Origin: Firmicutes bacterium ADurb.Bin193
Lineage (GTDB): Bacteria > Bacillota > Clostridia > Monoglobales > Firm-18
Direction of reading: 5' to 3'
Assembly (NCBI GenBank): GCA_002070105.1
Contig: MWCQ01000006.1
Location: forward strand, 35,651-99,650
Length of the DNA stretch: 64,000 bases
Positions 10,063 to 19,314 of this stretch are shown in pieces (position 1 is the stretch's first letter; each line of letters starts with the position of its first letter). A program made the position numbers and the translations under genes. The notes beneath the pieces were generated by a model. The model made no database searches. It saw only the letters and a list, made by a program, of their open reading frames with translations, and was not told the DNA's origin.

Positions 10063-10283
10063 TTTGTGCTTTTTTTCCACTTTTCCTGTTCAATAAGACT
10101 TTTCAGCTTTGCCGCATGGTGTGCCTCATCCTCTGCGAATTCACGGAAGGTATCGGATATCTCGCCTTGCGGCGTTTGGGTTGAATACATCTGAAAATCG
10201 CGCGTAAGCTCCATTGAATTTTCCCAAGCCCTCATAAGACGGTCGCGAACCGCCATTTCGTTTTGGTATGGATTACTGCTCAT
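10056..10283 (-). CDS. small hypothetical protein (75 aa)
   Basis: ORF with its own terminator; helical, with FAEDEAHHAAKL. No family recognised. Confidence 0.4.
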   Translation of the reverse strand: MSSNPYQNEMAVRDRLMRAWENSMELTRDFQMYSTQTPQGEISDTFREFAEDEAHHAAKLKSLIEQEKWKKSTKN

Positions 10284-10339
10284 ATTCCGTTCACCTCAAG
10301 GCTATTTTTGCCATAACGAGGCTTTTTATACAAGTAAAC

Positions 10340-10633
10340 TCATTTTCGAACGGAAGTTATCCCGCCGCTTAAGTACTCATTGTAGGATAGTCCTTTCTCT
10401 CTTGCCTTTTTAATCAGCATATTGTATTTGGTCTGTGCGGCTATAATCCTGTATGCATAAATGTCAATAAGGTCATCGCTGTCGGCAAAGTTATAATTTT
10501 GGGTTGCTGTTTCAAGCTCTGTTTTTGCAAGAATTATATCGTGTATAATCTCTTCTCCCGCCTTGTCGAGCTCTGCTTTGGGTGTTGCCGTTTTTGCCGC
10601 TTCGGGCATGGTTTCTCCCGTCATCCTTATCAC
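10340..10633 (-). CDS. YaaL-like (DUF2508) small protein
   Basis: The D.DLID.Y.Y.I.AA...Y..L...A pattern (DSDDLIDIYAYRIIAAQTKYNMLIKKAREKG) resembles the YaaL family. Confidence 0.5.
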   Translation of the reverse strand: MIRMTGETMPEAAKTATPKAELDKAGEEIIHDIILAKTELETATQNYNFADSDDLIDIYAYRIIAAQTKYNMLIKKAREKGLSYNEYLSGGITSVRK

Positions 10634-10724
10634 CTCTATAATAATTATAGACGGACAAGTTGGAAAATATACCCATTATAACTCATCGGCGGAAAAAATT
10701 TTGATTGGGGACGCCTTACAGTAG

Positions 10725-11479
10725 TTATTTTCGTTTTTGTATATTGTATGTTATGTAAAGCAGGAGTTTGTCGGGAAGAAGCCTTGTGAGCAATCGCGCC
10801 GTTTTCATCATTATCCCGGGCACAATTACAGCCTTGCGCGCGAACATTTTTTAACAGCATATTTAGCGACATCGGCACTTTCAAGATGCGGGGAGGAGAA
10901 GGTCACCCCTGCAACGCTTCCGAATTCCGTATTTACGGGTCCGGGACACAGCGCGCCGATATAGACACGGCTTTTGTCTCTTTTAAGCTCCTCATATATA
11001 CCTTGTGTAAGCCTAAGGACATACGCCTTGGTGGAGTAGTATGTAGCCATCAGCGGCCCCGGAAGGAAGCCCGCCGCCGATGCGACATTAAGAATGTAGC
11101 CGCCATTTCTGCGTTTGAAGTCCTTTATAAACAGCTTTGTAAGAATATGTACGGCAGTAATATTTGTATCAATCATACGAAGCTCGGTTGTGAGATCCGT
11201 TTCGTCAAACCGTCCAAGTTGACCGAAGCCCGCATTGTTTATAAGGATTTCAACACCCGAATCCTTTGTTCTTTCGTAAAGCTCAAAGCAGTTTTCCCTT
11301 CTGGAAAGGTCAAGGCATATAGCCTCTACATTCGTTTTAAGGCTTTTTTGAAGCTCCGAAAGCTTGTCCTCACGCCTTGCGACGACAATAAGATCATAGC
11401 CCGCCTTACAAAGTTCAATAGCTATATCGCGTCCTATACCTGAGCTTGCGCCCGTAATCAATGCTTTCAAAATACGCAC
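10725..11479 (-). pseudogene. SDR-family oxidoreductase interrupted by a 1-nt frameshift in a homopolymer
   Basis: ITGASSGIGRDIA (NAD(P)-binding site) and YSTKAYV (catalytic Y..K). The frame ends ...AVKKCSRARL* at 10826. The adjacent frame continues from 10847 as MFARKAVIVPGIMMKTARLLTRLLPDKLL...* (stop at 10725), a canonical SDR C-terminus. The switch lies in the T6 run at 10847-10852. Confidence 0.75.
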
Positions 11480-11505
11480 CCCTTTTATAACAAACGACTT
11501 TCGGA

Positions 11506-12183
11506 TTATACTTTTTTATGCCCCGTAAGGCCGTATTTTACCGCTATGCGAAGGAATTTTTTCGTAAACAGCCCGCCGAAAAAAAGCATCAGAATACCGT
11601 TTGAAATTGCATGCGCCAAATCCATGGGGAAGGACGCTATGCTTGCGGATATAAAGGTTCCGAATCCGCCGAAGGAGTACCAAAGGTTCATAATCCAGCC
11701 GAACAAAAAGCCCCATAAAAAGCTGTAAACCGTCATAAATATTCCGTTTTTCCCAAGCCACTTCGGCAAAAGCCCCGAAAGAGCGCCCATAATTCCCCAT
11801 GCAAACATCTGCCAGGGCGTCCACGGCCCCTGACCGAGAATAAGATTTGAAGCAAGCGCCGTTACCGCGCCCGTCATAAAGCCCATCTGGGGACCGAACA
11901 CAACGCCCGTCATAATTATGATAAAGGACGAGGGCTGGACGCTCGGAACCCCCGAAAATACAACCCTGCCCGCAGAGGACAGTCCGGCAAGCACGGCAAT
12001 CAGCACGATTTTTTCTGCCGAAACATCGCGCCCTTCAAAAAGGGAAAAGAAAACGACAACGGTTCCGACAATAAAAACAGCAAGGCACATATATAGGTTG
12101 TGCCTTAAAGCCGATACGCTCAGTCCCATAGCTATAAGGATTATAATTATTCCCGTATAAAACCCGGCTTTTCCGTTTTCCAA
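11506..12183 (-). CDS. polytopic membrane protein, probable ECF-transporter S (substrate-capture) component
   Basis: About six hydrophobic helices and Gly-rich motifs (GVVFGPQMGFMTG, GQGPWTPWQM). Overlaps the 3' end of the ECF ATPase gene. Confidence 0.5.
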   Translation of the reverse strand: MENGKAGFYTGIIIILIAMGLSVSALRHNLYMCLAVFIVGTVVVFFSLFEGRDVSAEKIVLIAVLAGLSSAGRVVFSGVPSVQPSSFIIIMTGVVFGPQMGFMTGAVTALASNLILGQGPWTPWQMFAWGIMGALSGLLPKWLGKNGIFMTVYSFLWGFLFGWIMNLWYSFGGFGTFISASIASFPMDLAHAISNGILMLFFGGLFTKKFLRIAVKYGLTGHKKV

Positions 12184-13709
12184 AGCTTAATCACATCCCC
12201 GTATGTAACCGCCGACCCGCCCGTTGCCATCGCGGTTTCGGTCGTGTAGTATCTGTTGCCGCCGAAAAACCCGAAGGGCGCCATTTCAAACGCTATGTCG
12301 CCGTCAAAAAGCATCATGCACACATCGGCGTGGGTTGCCGCAAATTCCACATCGTGCGTAGAAGCCAAAGTCGCCGCGCCCGATTTTTTTATTAAATCCG
12401 CCATAACTGTTTTCATATACGGGTCAACGCCCTTTGTAGGCTCATCAAGCAAAAGTATATCGGGCTTTTTGAGAAGTATCGCCGCAAGCGCCGCGCGCTG
12501 TCTTTCGCCCGCGCTTATGTCGTAGGGGTGGCGGTTTAAAACATCCCTTAACCCCAAAGCATCTATTAGGCTTTCACGATAAGCCAAATCACCGCCCGAA
12601 AGCTCGTCCTCCACACGGTCGCCTATAAAGAAGGCGGTCGAATTTTGAGGGAGATATCCGATTTTTTCGGAGTTTCTTTTAAGCTTGCCGTCAAGCGGGC
12701 GAAGAATTCCCGCAACAATCTTCAAAAGGGTAGTTTTACCGCTTCCGTTCCCGCCCATAATACAGGTAAACTGCCCTGTGTTAACCTTCATATCGAGGTT
12801 CTTTATGACATATCCGCTGCCGCCCGGATACCGATACAAGAGGCTTTTGCATATCACCGCCCGGTCTTTGCCAACCGAATTTTCAGCCTTGTGGTCAGAC
12901 TGCTCTGCGCTTTCCAAAGGAGTAAACTCTTTTGCAAAGTCCTTCGGAGTAAATGCAACACTTCTTCCGCGGCTTACCGTCAGGGACGCCTTTGCAAGAG
13001 AAGGTATGAAATATGCGTTTTTCTCGTCCTGCGCCTTCCAAATATTTTGCATAACCTCCCCGGGCGTTCCGTCATAAACAATCTTACCCCCGTCCATTAA
13101 AATGATACTATCGGCAATTTTTATTACTCCGTCCGTTCGGTGTTCCGTAATAACGACGGTTACGCCAAGTTCTTCATTTATCCTCTGTATCATCTCAAGA
13201 AAACTCTTTGCGGAAAGAGGGTCAAGCTGTGACACGGGCTCGTCCAGAAGCAGCAGCTTCGGGCGTGCCATCATCGCCGCACAAAGAGCGGCAAGCTGTC
13301 TTTGACCGCCCGACAGCACGGCGGGGCTTTTGTATAAAAGCTCCTCCATGCCGAAAAAGCCGATTGTTTCAGCCATTCTCCGTTTCATCGAAACATTGTC
13401 AAGCCCTAAATTCTCCATATAAAAAGCAAGGTCGTTTATGACGGTTGAGGTGACCATTTGAGAATCGCTGTCGCCAAGCACTATCCCTATGTCGGACGGC
13501 GAAACCGAAGCACTTATTTCACCCCTTGTTATACCGACGGGCGCAACCTCCTTTTTAAGGCTTGTAAGCAGAGTCGTTTTTCCGCAGCCAGACGGCCCGC
13601 ATATAACCGTAACCTCGCCCTTTTTTATTTGCAGATTTATATCGCAAACGGCGGGTAGTTTTGAATCCGGATACCATAAAGAGAAATTACTGACAGATAC
13701 CAGAGCCAT
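12147..13709 (-). CDS. fused double ATP-binding protein of an ECF/ABC transporter (EcfA-EcfA')
   Basis: Two complete ABC cassettes: GPSGCGKTT...LSGGQRQL...LLLDEP and GGNGSGKTT...ISAGERQR...LLLDEP. Confidence 0.85.
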   Translation of the reverse strand: MALVSVSNFSLWYPDSKLPAVCDINLQIKKGEVTVICGPSGCGKTTLLTSLKKEVAPVGITRGEISASVSPSDIGIVLGDSDSQMVTSTVINDLAFYMENLGLDNVSMKRRMAETIGFFGMEELLYKSPAVLSGGQRQLAALCAAMMARPKLLLLDEPVSQLDPLSAKSFLEMIQRINEELGVTVVITEHRTDGVIKIADSIILMDGGKIVYDGTPGEVMQNIWKAQDEKNAYFIPSLAKASLTVSRGRSVAFTPKDFAKEFTPLESAEQSDHKAENSVGKDRAVICKSLLYRYPGGSGYVIKNLDMKVNTGQFTCIMGGNGSGKTTLLKIVAGILRPLDGKLKRNSEKIGYLPQNSTAFFIGDRVEDELSGGDLAYRESLIDALGLRDVLNRHPYDISAGERQRAALAAILLKKPDILLLDEPTKGVDPYMKTVMADLIKKSGAATLASTHDVEFAATHADVCMMLFDGDIAFEMAPFGFFGGNRYYTTETAMATGGSAVTYGDVIKLWKTEKPGFIRE

Positions 13710-14655
13710 CGGGCATCCTCCTTTTCACAGCCGCAACACCTTCTGTAACAAGCGGTATGGCAAGATATAAAAGCAGTAAAACATAAAAAATCATGTCCCG
13801 TAAGCTTACGGAAGGCGGCATTAGTTTAGGGTAAATATTATACTGACCCGCACCAGTCATCGCCCCCAAGGCAAGAAGAGTAAAAAGCGCCGCTACGGCA
13901 AAAAGACATATACCGTCGGACACTATAAATTTATAGAGGACATAGCTTGTCCTTGTGTGCCTTCCGTATTCCCTCGACTTTAGCACAAGCGCGGTTTTCA
14001 TTCCCTCCTCAAGACACCATGACACCAAGGCCGAAAAAATTCGGGCATAGTACCTTACCTTGTTTGCAAAGCCTCCTCTATCTTCACCGCCGATACTTCG
14101 GACATCGGCGATTTCCTTTGCGCGGTTTCGGTAGAGATAAAAATATCGTATTGTCATGCTTGTGACAAAAGCGGTTTTCGGCGCTAATCTTGCAAATACA
14201 TATAAAAACCGTCCGCTGTCTATAAGACGGTTAAAGCTTAAAAACAAAATCAGCATGCAGGACAGCATCGCAAAGCCGACAAGCCCCGCCACCGCCGCCT
14301 CGGCGGTAATAGGGTTGTTATAAAGGTAAAACAAAATATGCACTCCGCGGTGGGAGGTAAGCACATTGGAGAGTATTATAATTACTCCGAAAAATACAAG
14401 AGTGCGCACCATACCGAAAAATGCCGCCTTGCCGCAGTAAAAAATCGCCGTAAAAATCGCAAATATTAAAATTAACGCAACAAAAGCAGGGTGCGAAAAC
14501 ATAAATACACAGGCAAAAATGCCCGAATAATATGCGGTTATGACGGCTGGGTGAATCATATAAAAGCGAAAATCCAGAATATCTTTTTGGGGTAACTCTT
14601 TTTTGGGGGTTTTATTTCTTCGCATAGCAACCCTCACAATATCCGTATATTTCAA
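13687..14655 (-). CDS. ecfT: energy-coupling factor transporter transmembrane (T) component, EcfT/CbiQ family
   Basis: Multi-TM protein of CbiQ size and topology, overlapping the ATPase gene. Start uncertain (14655 or 14625). Confidence 0.75.
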   Translation of the reverse strand: MKYTDIVRVAMRRNKTPKKELPQKDILDFRFYMIHPAVITAYYSGIFACVFMFSHPAFVALILIFAIFTAIFYCGKAAFFGMVRTLVFFGVIIILSNVLTSHRGVHILFYLYNNPITAEAAVAGLVGFAMLSCMLILFLSFNRLIDSGRFLYVFARLAPKTAFVTSMTIRYFYLYRNRAKEIADVRSIGGEDRGGFANKVRYYARIFSALVSWCLEEGMKTALVLKSREYGRHTRTSYVLYKFIVSDGICLFAVAALFTLLALGAMTGAGQYNIYPKLMPPSVSLRDMIFYVLLLLYLAIPLVTEGVAAVKRRMPDGSGICQ

Positions 14656-15013
14656 GCCTGTGGCCCGTTATACAAAAGTTTTCAAGGTGTACCGTCTTTG
14701 GCAACGGACATTTTTCAAGGGCGAACACCTTTCGGCACGCCGTACATACCACATAATGCCTGTGTTCGTTTTTGTTTATCTCATAGGTTGCCACATCGCC
14801 CCCCGCAAGGACATTTCTTTGCGCAATACCCTTTTGGACAAAAAGGTCTAAAACACGGTATACCGTAGAAAGCCACAGCCCTTTGCCGCACATCTCCGCC
14901 CCGGTGCAGATTTCCATTGCCGTAAGCGGTTTGTCCGCATTTGACAGCACCGCAAAAACCGCTTCCCTCTGTTTGGTTTTCTTAAAGCCGTTTTGCCACA
15001 AGTCACTTCTCAC
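14612..15013 (-). CDS. zur: Fur-family metalloregulator, probable zinc uptake regulator Zur
   Basis: Winged-helix N-terminus, HRHY motif and two CxxC pairs (CTAC, CEGC). Last gene of the znu cluster. GTG start 9 nt after AAGGAG. Confidence 0.8.
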   Translation of the reverse strand: MRSDLWQNGFKKTKQREAVFAVLSNADKPLTAMEICTGAEMCGKGLWLSTVYRVLDLFVQKGIAQRNVLAGGDVATYEINKNEHRHYVVCTACRKVFALEKCPLPKTVHLENFCITGHRLEIYGYCEGCYAKK

Positions 15014-15857
15014 CTGTAATCACTCCTTTGCCAAGCAATATGGTAACAAGGGAAACAATGCCGACAAGCACAATAGTCCCGCCCGGCTTTAGGTTTGCAT
15101 AAAAGGATATGAAAAGCCCCGAAATCGTAAATAAAAGAGCAAAGACTACGGAATACACCACCGTCTTGAAATAACTTTTCGCAAACTGCATCGCACATAC
15201 GACGGGGACAACCATCATCGATGAAACGATAAGCGCGCCAACTGTTCTTGCCGCAACCGAAACCGTCGCCGCCGTCAGAACCGTGAAGATAAAACTTACT
15301 GTTTTGACGGGTACTCCCGCAAGCAGGGCGTACTGTTCGTCAAGGGCGATAAAAAACAGCTCTTTATAGAGAAATATAAACTCGATAAGAACGAAAAGGC
15401 TTACCGCCGTAACAAGAACAAGCTCAAAATCGCTTATCGCGACAATGCTTCCGAAAAGAAAGCTGTTAAAATTTGCGGAGCTTGGCACAAATCCCGAAAG
15501 TATGCCCGCAAGCCCGATTCCCGCAGACATTATGACCACCGTCGATATTTCGGAGTATTTAGGCATCCGTTTTCTTATGCTCTCTATTCCCAAAGCCGCA
15601 ACCGTGCAAATCGTCACGGCACCCAATACGGGATTTATGCCGAGCACAAGCCCCGCCGCAACGCCCGCAAGCGATGAGTGCGAAAGCGCGTCGCCTATCA
15701 GCGAAAGCCGTTTTAACACGACCACAACGCCTATGCACGGCATTACTATCGCCAGAAGAATACCGACGGTGAAAGCCCTTATCATAAAATCGTAATGAAA
15801 AATCTCCAAAGCAAAAAACCTCTTTTCATCAATGCTTGTGGCGGTGAGAAAGCTCAT
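15003..15857 (-). CDS. znuB: metal (Zn/Mn) ABC transporter permease
   Basis: FHYDFMIRAF...LIGDALSHSSLAG motif of the ABC-3 family. Start taken at M31 of the track ORF. Confidence 0.85.
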   Translation of the reverse strand: MSFLTATSIDEKRFFALEIFHYDFMIRAFTVGILLAIVMPCIGVVVVLKRLSLIGDALSHSSLAGVAAGLVLGINPVLGAVTICTVAALGIESIRKRMPKYSEISTVVIMSAGIGLAGILSGFVPSSANFNSFLFGSIVAISDFELVLVTAVSLFVLIEFIFLYKELFFIALDEQYALLAGVPVKTVSFIFTVLTAATVSVAARTVGALIVSSMMVVPVVCAMQFAKSYFKTVVYSVVFALLFTISGLFISFYANLKPGGTIVLVGIVSLVTILLGKGVITGEK

Positions 15858-16539
15858 GCTCAAGCTGGTCTTTTCCAAGCTCGACAAGCGAGCCCTCCTC
15901 AATGCAAAAAATTCTGTTTGAATACTTTGCGGCGCTTGCCATATCATGGGTTACCATAAGTATAGTAAGCTTTTTGGATTTATTAAGGCTTTGCAAAAGC
16001 TCGCAAAGTGAGGCGGACGATTTTAGGTCAATCCCCGCCATCGGCTCATCCAAAATAAGAAGCTCCGGCTCGTTCACCATAGCACGGGCAATCATCACGC
16101 GCTGACACTGTCCGCCCGACAAGCTGCCGATAAGGCTTTTGGCGTATTCGCCCATACCGACCGATTCAAGCGCACGCAATGCCTTGTTGCGATGCTCTTT
16201 TTTGGGGAAGCGCATAAGCCCAATCTTTGAAAAAAGGTTTGCCTCCACAATTTCAAGTGCGGTCGCAGGGAACCCCGAAAGGTACGAAACATATTGCGGC
16301 ACATAGCCTACCTTGTCCCATCGGTCAAAATCGGATAAGGACTTCCCGAAAAGCCGTATACTGCCGCTTTTGGGGGCAATCTGACCTATAATAAGCCTTA
16401 AAAGCGTGCTTTTTCCGCTTCCGTTAAGACCGATTATACTGACATAATCACCCCGACCGACGGAAAACCCGACCCCTTCGAAAATCGGTCCGCTTCCGTA
16501 GTCAAAACTCAAATTAGATGCGTTAACAATACTGTTCAT
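15829..16539 (-). CDS. znuC: metal ABC transporter ATP-binding protein
   Basis: GLNGSGKSTLL, LSGGQCQRVMIARAM, LILDEPMAGID. Confidence 0.9.
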   Translation of the reverse strand: MNSIVNASNLSFDYGSGPIFEGVGFSVGRGDYVSIIGLNGSGKSTLLRLIIGQIAPKSGSIRLFGKSLSDFDRWDKVGYVPQYVSYLSGFPATALEIVEANLFSKIGLMRFPKKEHRNKALRALESVGMGEYAKSLIGSLSGGQCQRVMIARAMVNEPELLILDEPMAGIDLKSSASLCELLQSLNKSKKLTILMVTHDMASAAKYSNRIFCIEEGSLVELGKDQLEHELSHRHKH

Positions 16540-16547
16540 GGCTTCTC

Positions 16548-17468
16548 CTATTCAAGCGCTTTTTTCAGCGTTTCAAGATTTTCGCGCATTATGGATAAAT
16601 AGTCCGCGCCGGAGGCAAGCTGTTCATCCGTCAGGCGCTCCACCGAGCTTAAAACAGCCGTACTTGCGCCGGTTTCCCTTGCAATAGTATCCGCTGTCTT
16701 GGGGCTTACAAGGCTTTGGAACAGAATATATTTAACATTATTCTCTTTTACAAACCTTATAACCTCCGCCATTTTTCGAGGCTCCGGCTCGGAATCCGCC
16801 GACACTCCCTCAATACCTATCTGATTAAGCCCGTATTCGTGGCACAGGTAGGCGAATGATTTGTGCGACACCACAATATTTTTGCCCGGCAGGGCGGCAA
16901 GACTTTCACCGTACTCCTTGTCAAGCGCATCAAAAAGGCTTGCATACTTGGTATAATTGCGTTCATAATAAGCTGCATTTTGAGGGTCTGCCGATACAAA
17001 GGCATTTTTGATATTCTCCATTTGAAGCTTTGCGTTTTTTATGCTGAGCCAGACATGAGGGTCTGTGCCCTCTTCCTCACTATGCCCGTCCTCTTGTTCA
17101 CTATCTAAAAAGGCAATCCCCTTTGATGCCTCGACAACAACAAGCTCTTTATTGGAAAGCGATTTCAAAACCTTTTTAACCCAATGCTCCATCCCTGCGC
17201 CGTTGTAAATAAAAACATCCGCCCCTTCAAGCTTTATTATGTCGTTGGCGGACGGCTCCCAGTCATGAACCTCGCCGCCTGACGATGTAAGGTTTGTAAG
17301 CTCTATTTTTTCGCCTCCGACCTTTTTTGCAAAGTCGTACATCGGGTAAAAGCTTGTGTAGACCTTGAGTTTATCTCCCCCGTTCGCAGGCTGTTTTTTG
17401 GGGAAACAACCCGTCATAAACACAACAGTAAAAAGTAAAACCACCGCCAAAAGCAGTCTTTTATTCAT
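16548..17468 (-). CDS. znuA: metal ABC transporter substrate-binding lipoprotein (ZnuA/AdcA, TroA-like)
   Basis: Lipoprotein signal MNKRLLLAVVLLFTVVFMTGC. Acidic/His loop DSEQEDGHSEEEGTDPHVW typical of zinc-specific members. RBS GGGGG 8 nt upstream. Confidence 0.85.
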   Translation of the reverse strand: MNKRLLLAVVLLFTVVFMTGCFPKKQPANGGDKLKVYTSFYPMYDFAKKVGGEKIELTNLTSSGGEVHDWEPSANDIIKLEGADVFIYNGAGMEHWVKKVLKSLSNKELVVVEASKGIAFLDSEQEDGHSEEEGTDPHVWLSIKNAKLQMENIKNAFVSADPQNAAYYERNYTKYASLFDALDKEYGESLAALPGKNIVVSHKSFAYLCHEYGLNQIGIEGVSADSEPEPRKMAEVIRFVKENNVKYILFQSLVSPKTADTIARETGASTAVLSSVERLTDEQLASGADYLSIMRENLETLKKALE

Positions 17469-17490
17469 AACCGCAGTCCCCCTGTGTAAA

Positions 17491-17519
17491 TTGCAAATGC
17501 GAATCATACGCATTTGCAA
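17491..17519 (-). promoter_or_regulatory. putative Zur operator (perfect 11-7-11 palindrome)
   Basis: ttgcaaatgcg-aatcata-cgcatttgcaa lies directly between the -10 box and the znuA RBS. Confidence 0.6.
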
Positions 17520-17523
17520 TAAG

Positions 17524-17552
17524 ATTATATATTATATGAGTATATCTGTCAA
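17524..17552 (-). promoter_or_regulatory. sigma-A-type promoter of the znu operon
   Basis: On the minus strand: TTGACA, 17 nt, TATAAT (plus-strand tgtcaa 17547-17552, attata 17524-17529). Confidence 0.6.
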
Positions 17553-17746
17553 TACATTCCAAGGCAAAAGTGTGTAAAGACGGAAAACGGGGGTGATTAT
17601 TTTTTGTTTGGATTTTATGGATTTGATATCAGATATAAGGGTTAAATTGATTAAAAAGCAGACAACACAACCGAAATATGCTATTATGGTAATATCAGTA
17701 TAAATGCAAAAAAGCCAAGCTAATGCTTGACTTTTTATACAATTTG

Positions 17747-17770
17747 CAAAGAGCGCTTTCGCGCTCTTTG
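17747..17770 (-). terminator. hairpin downstream of trxA (one of three consecutive hairpins, 17747-17825)
   Basis: caaagagcgc-tttc-gcgctctttg perfect 10-bp stem. The T-run is stronger on the plus strand. Confidence 0.45.
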
Positions 17771-17835
17771 TTTTACTTATAGCTCGCTGGGCGAGCGGAT
17801 GCGTTAGGGAAGGTGCTATGCACCCGAATAATTTA

Positions 17836-18144
17836 TTATTTGATTAAATCCAACAGCGCCTGTTTTGGTCTTGCTCCCACCACTGAATTTACGACCTTGC
17901 CGTTTTTAATGACAATAATCGTCGGGATGCTCATAACCTTAAAGCTTGCCGCAAGCTCCGGCTGTTCGTCAACATTGACCTTGCCGACCTTGGCGTGTGT
18001 AACCTCTTCAGCTATTTCGTCGATAATCGGTCCGACCATACGGCACGGTCCGCACCATTCCGCCCAAAAATCAAGAAGCACGGGTTTGTCGGAGTTTATA
18101 ACTTCCGAATCGAAATTATCCTTAGTTATCTCAATCGTTGCCAT
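17836..18144 (-). CDS. trxA: thioredoxin
   Basis: WAEWCGPC active site; 102 aa. Confidence 0.95.
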   Translation of the reverse strand: MATIEITKDNFDSEVINSDKPVLLDFWAEWCGPCRMVGPIIDEIAEEVTHAKVGKVNVDEQPELAASFKVMSIPTIIVIKNGKVVNSVVGARPKQALLDLIK

Positions 18145-18230
18145 AGATTCATTCCTCCTTTACTCATTCTTATATGTTTCGTGTGCTGATTATTATTATA
18201 CCCTATTAGGAAATAAATACAGTGACTAAA

Positions 18231-18866
18231 TCACAAAAATAAAAGCACCATAAAATAATGCGCCAGCGCGCCTAAAAGGACAAAAATATGAAAAAGCTCA
18301 TGAAAACCGAAGTACTTAAAAATATTGGGCCTTTTGGCAGCGTATATAACCCCGCCCGCGGTATAGAAGGCTCCACCCGACAGAAGCAAAACAACACCGC
18401 CTGTCGGAAGGTTTCGGGCAAGCGGAACGATTGCGAATATGACCGACCAGCCCATTACAAGATAAATAATGGTGGATAAAATCCTGAATCTTCCCGTAAA
18501 AAATGCTTTAAGCAGTATACCCGCAAAAGCAAAAGCCCAAATACCGATAATGTAACCCCATTTGAGCGCGCCAGTAAACGAAACCGAAACAATCGGCGTG
18601 TATGTCCCCGCAATAAGCACATAAATCATGCAATGGTCGATTATATGGCATACGCGGATAAGCCCCGCAGGGCCGGTTACAAGATGATATGTTGCGCTTG
18701 CGGAAAAAAGAAGCGCCATGCTTATACCGAAAATTAAAAAGGACGCAAGCCTCTCGACATTCCCCGCTTCACCGAGCGCAAGAAAAACCGTTCCGGCTAT
18801 CGCCAAAACGGCTCCTCCTAAATGTGTAAATCCGCTTACCGTATTTCTGAAAACTTTTTTTGACAT
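18231..18866 (-). CDS. hemolysin III / PAQR family membrane protein
   Basis: Seven-TM protein with HLGG..., ATYH, DH..IY and HxxxH-like C-terminal motifs (FHELFHIFV). Start at M33 of the track ORF. Confidence 0.8.
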   Translation of the reverse strand: MSKKVFRNTVSGFTHLGGAVLAIAGTVFLALGEAGNVERLASFLIFGISMALLFSASATYHLVTGPAGLIRVCHIIDHCMIYVLIAGTYTPIVSVSFTGALKWGYIIGIWAFAFAGILLKAFFTGRFRILSTIIYLVMGWSVIFAIVPLARNLPTGGVVLLLSGGAFYTAGGVIYAAKRPNIFKYFGFHELFHIFVLLGALAHYFMVLLFL

Positions 18867-18912
18867 TGTCTTATAACCCTTAATTTCAAAACCCTTAAAA
18901 AATACCTTCGTT

Positions 18913-19314
18913 TTATTCTCTTGCTTTTTTGCAAAGCTCCTCCAGCGTGATGCTGTCGACAACCTCGTCTATTGCGATTTTAAGCCTGTGCCAGACATAC
19001 GCCGCCGCGCACTCCTCTTCTTTTTCACAACTGCCCTCCGCGCATACCGTCGGGGAAAGCGAGCCTTCAACCGCGCGAAGAACCATGCCAACCGTAATTT
19101 TGTCACCCGGCTTGTTCAAAACATAGCCTCCGCGGGGGCCCCTTACGCTTCGCACAAGACCTTCCTTTACAAGGCGCCTTATTATGTGCTCAAGATATTT
19201 TTCGGACAAATCCTGCTTGCCCGATATCTCACGAAGAGACATAGCCCTCGTATCGCTAAGGGCTATGTCAATCATGGCGCGAAGGCCGTATCTGCCTCTC
19301 GTTGAAACTCTCAT
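18913..19314 (-). CDS. Rrf2-family transcriptional regulator
   Basis: MRVSTRGRYGLRAMIDIAL N-terminus plus a Cys cluster (C..C.....C). Its ATG overlaps the ilvE stop (ATGA). Confidence 0.85.
   Translation of the reverse strand: MRVSTRGRYGLRAMIDIALSDTRAMSLREISGKQDLSEKYLEHIIRRLVKEGLVRSVRGPRGGYVLNKPGDKITVGMVLRAVEGSLSPTVCAEGSCEKEEECAAAYVWHRLKIAIDEVVDSITLEELCKKARE

Noticed and set aside
10645-10884. 79-aa minus-strand ORF downstream of the SDR gene
   Set aside because: It is a wrong-frame reading of the region. The third frame encodes the genuine SDR C-terminus displaced by a homopolymer frameshift (see feature 10725..11479).
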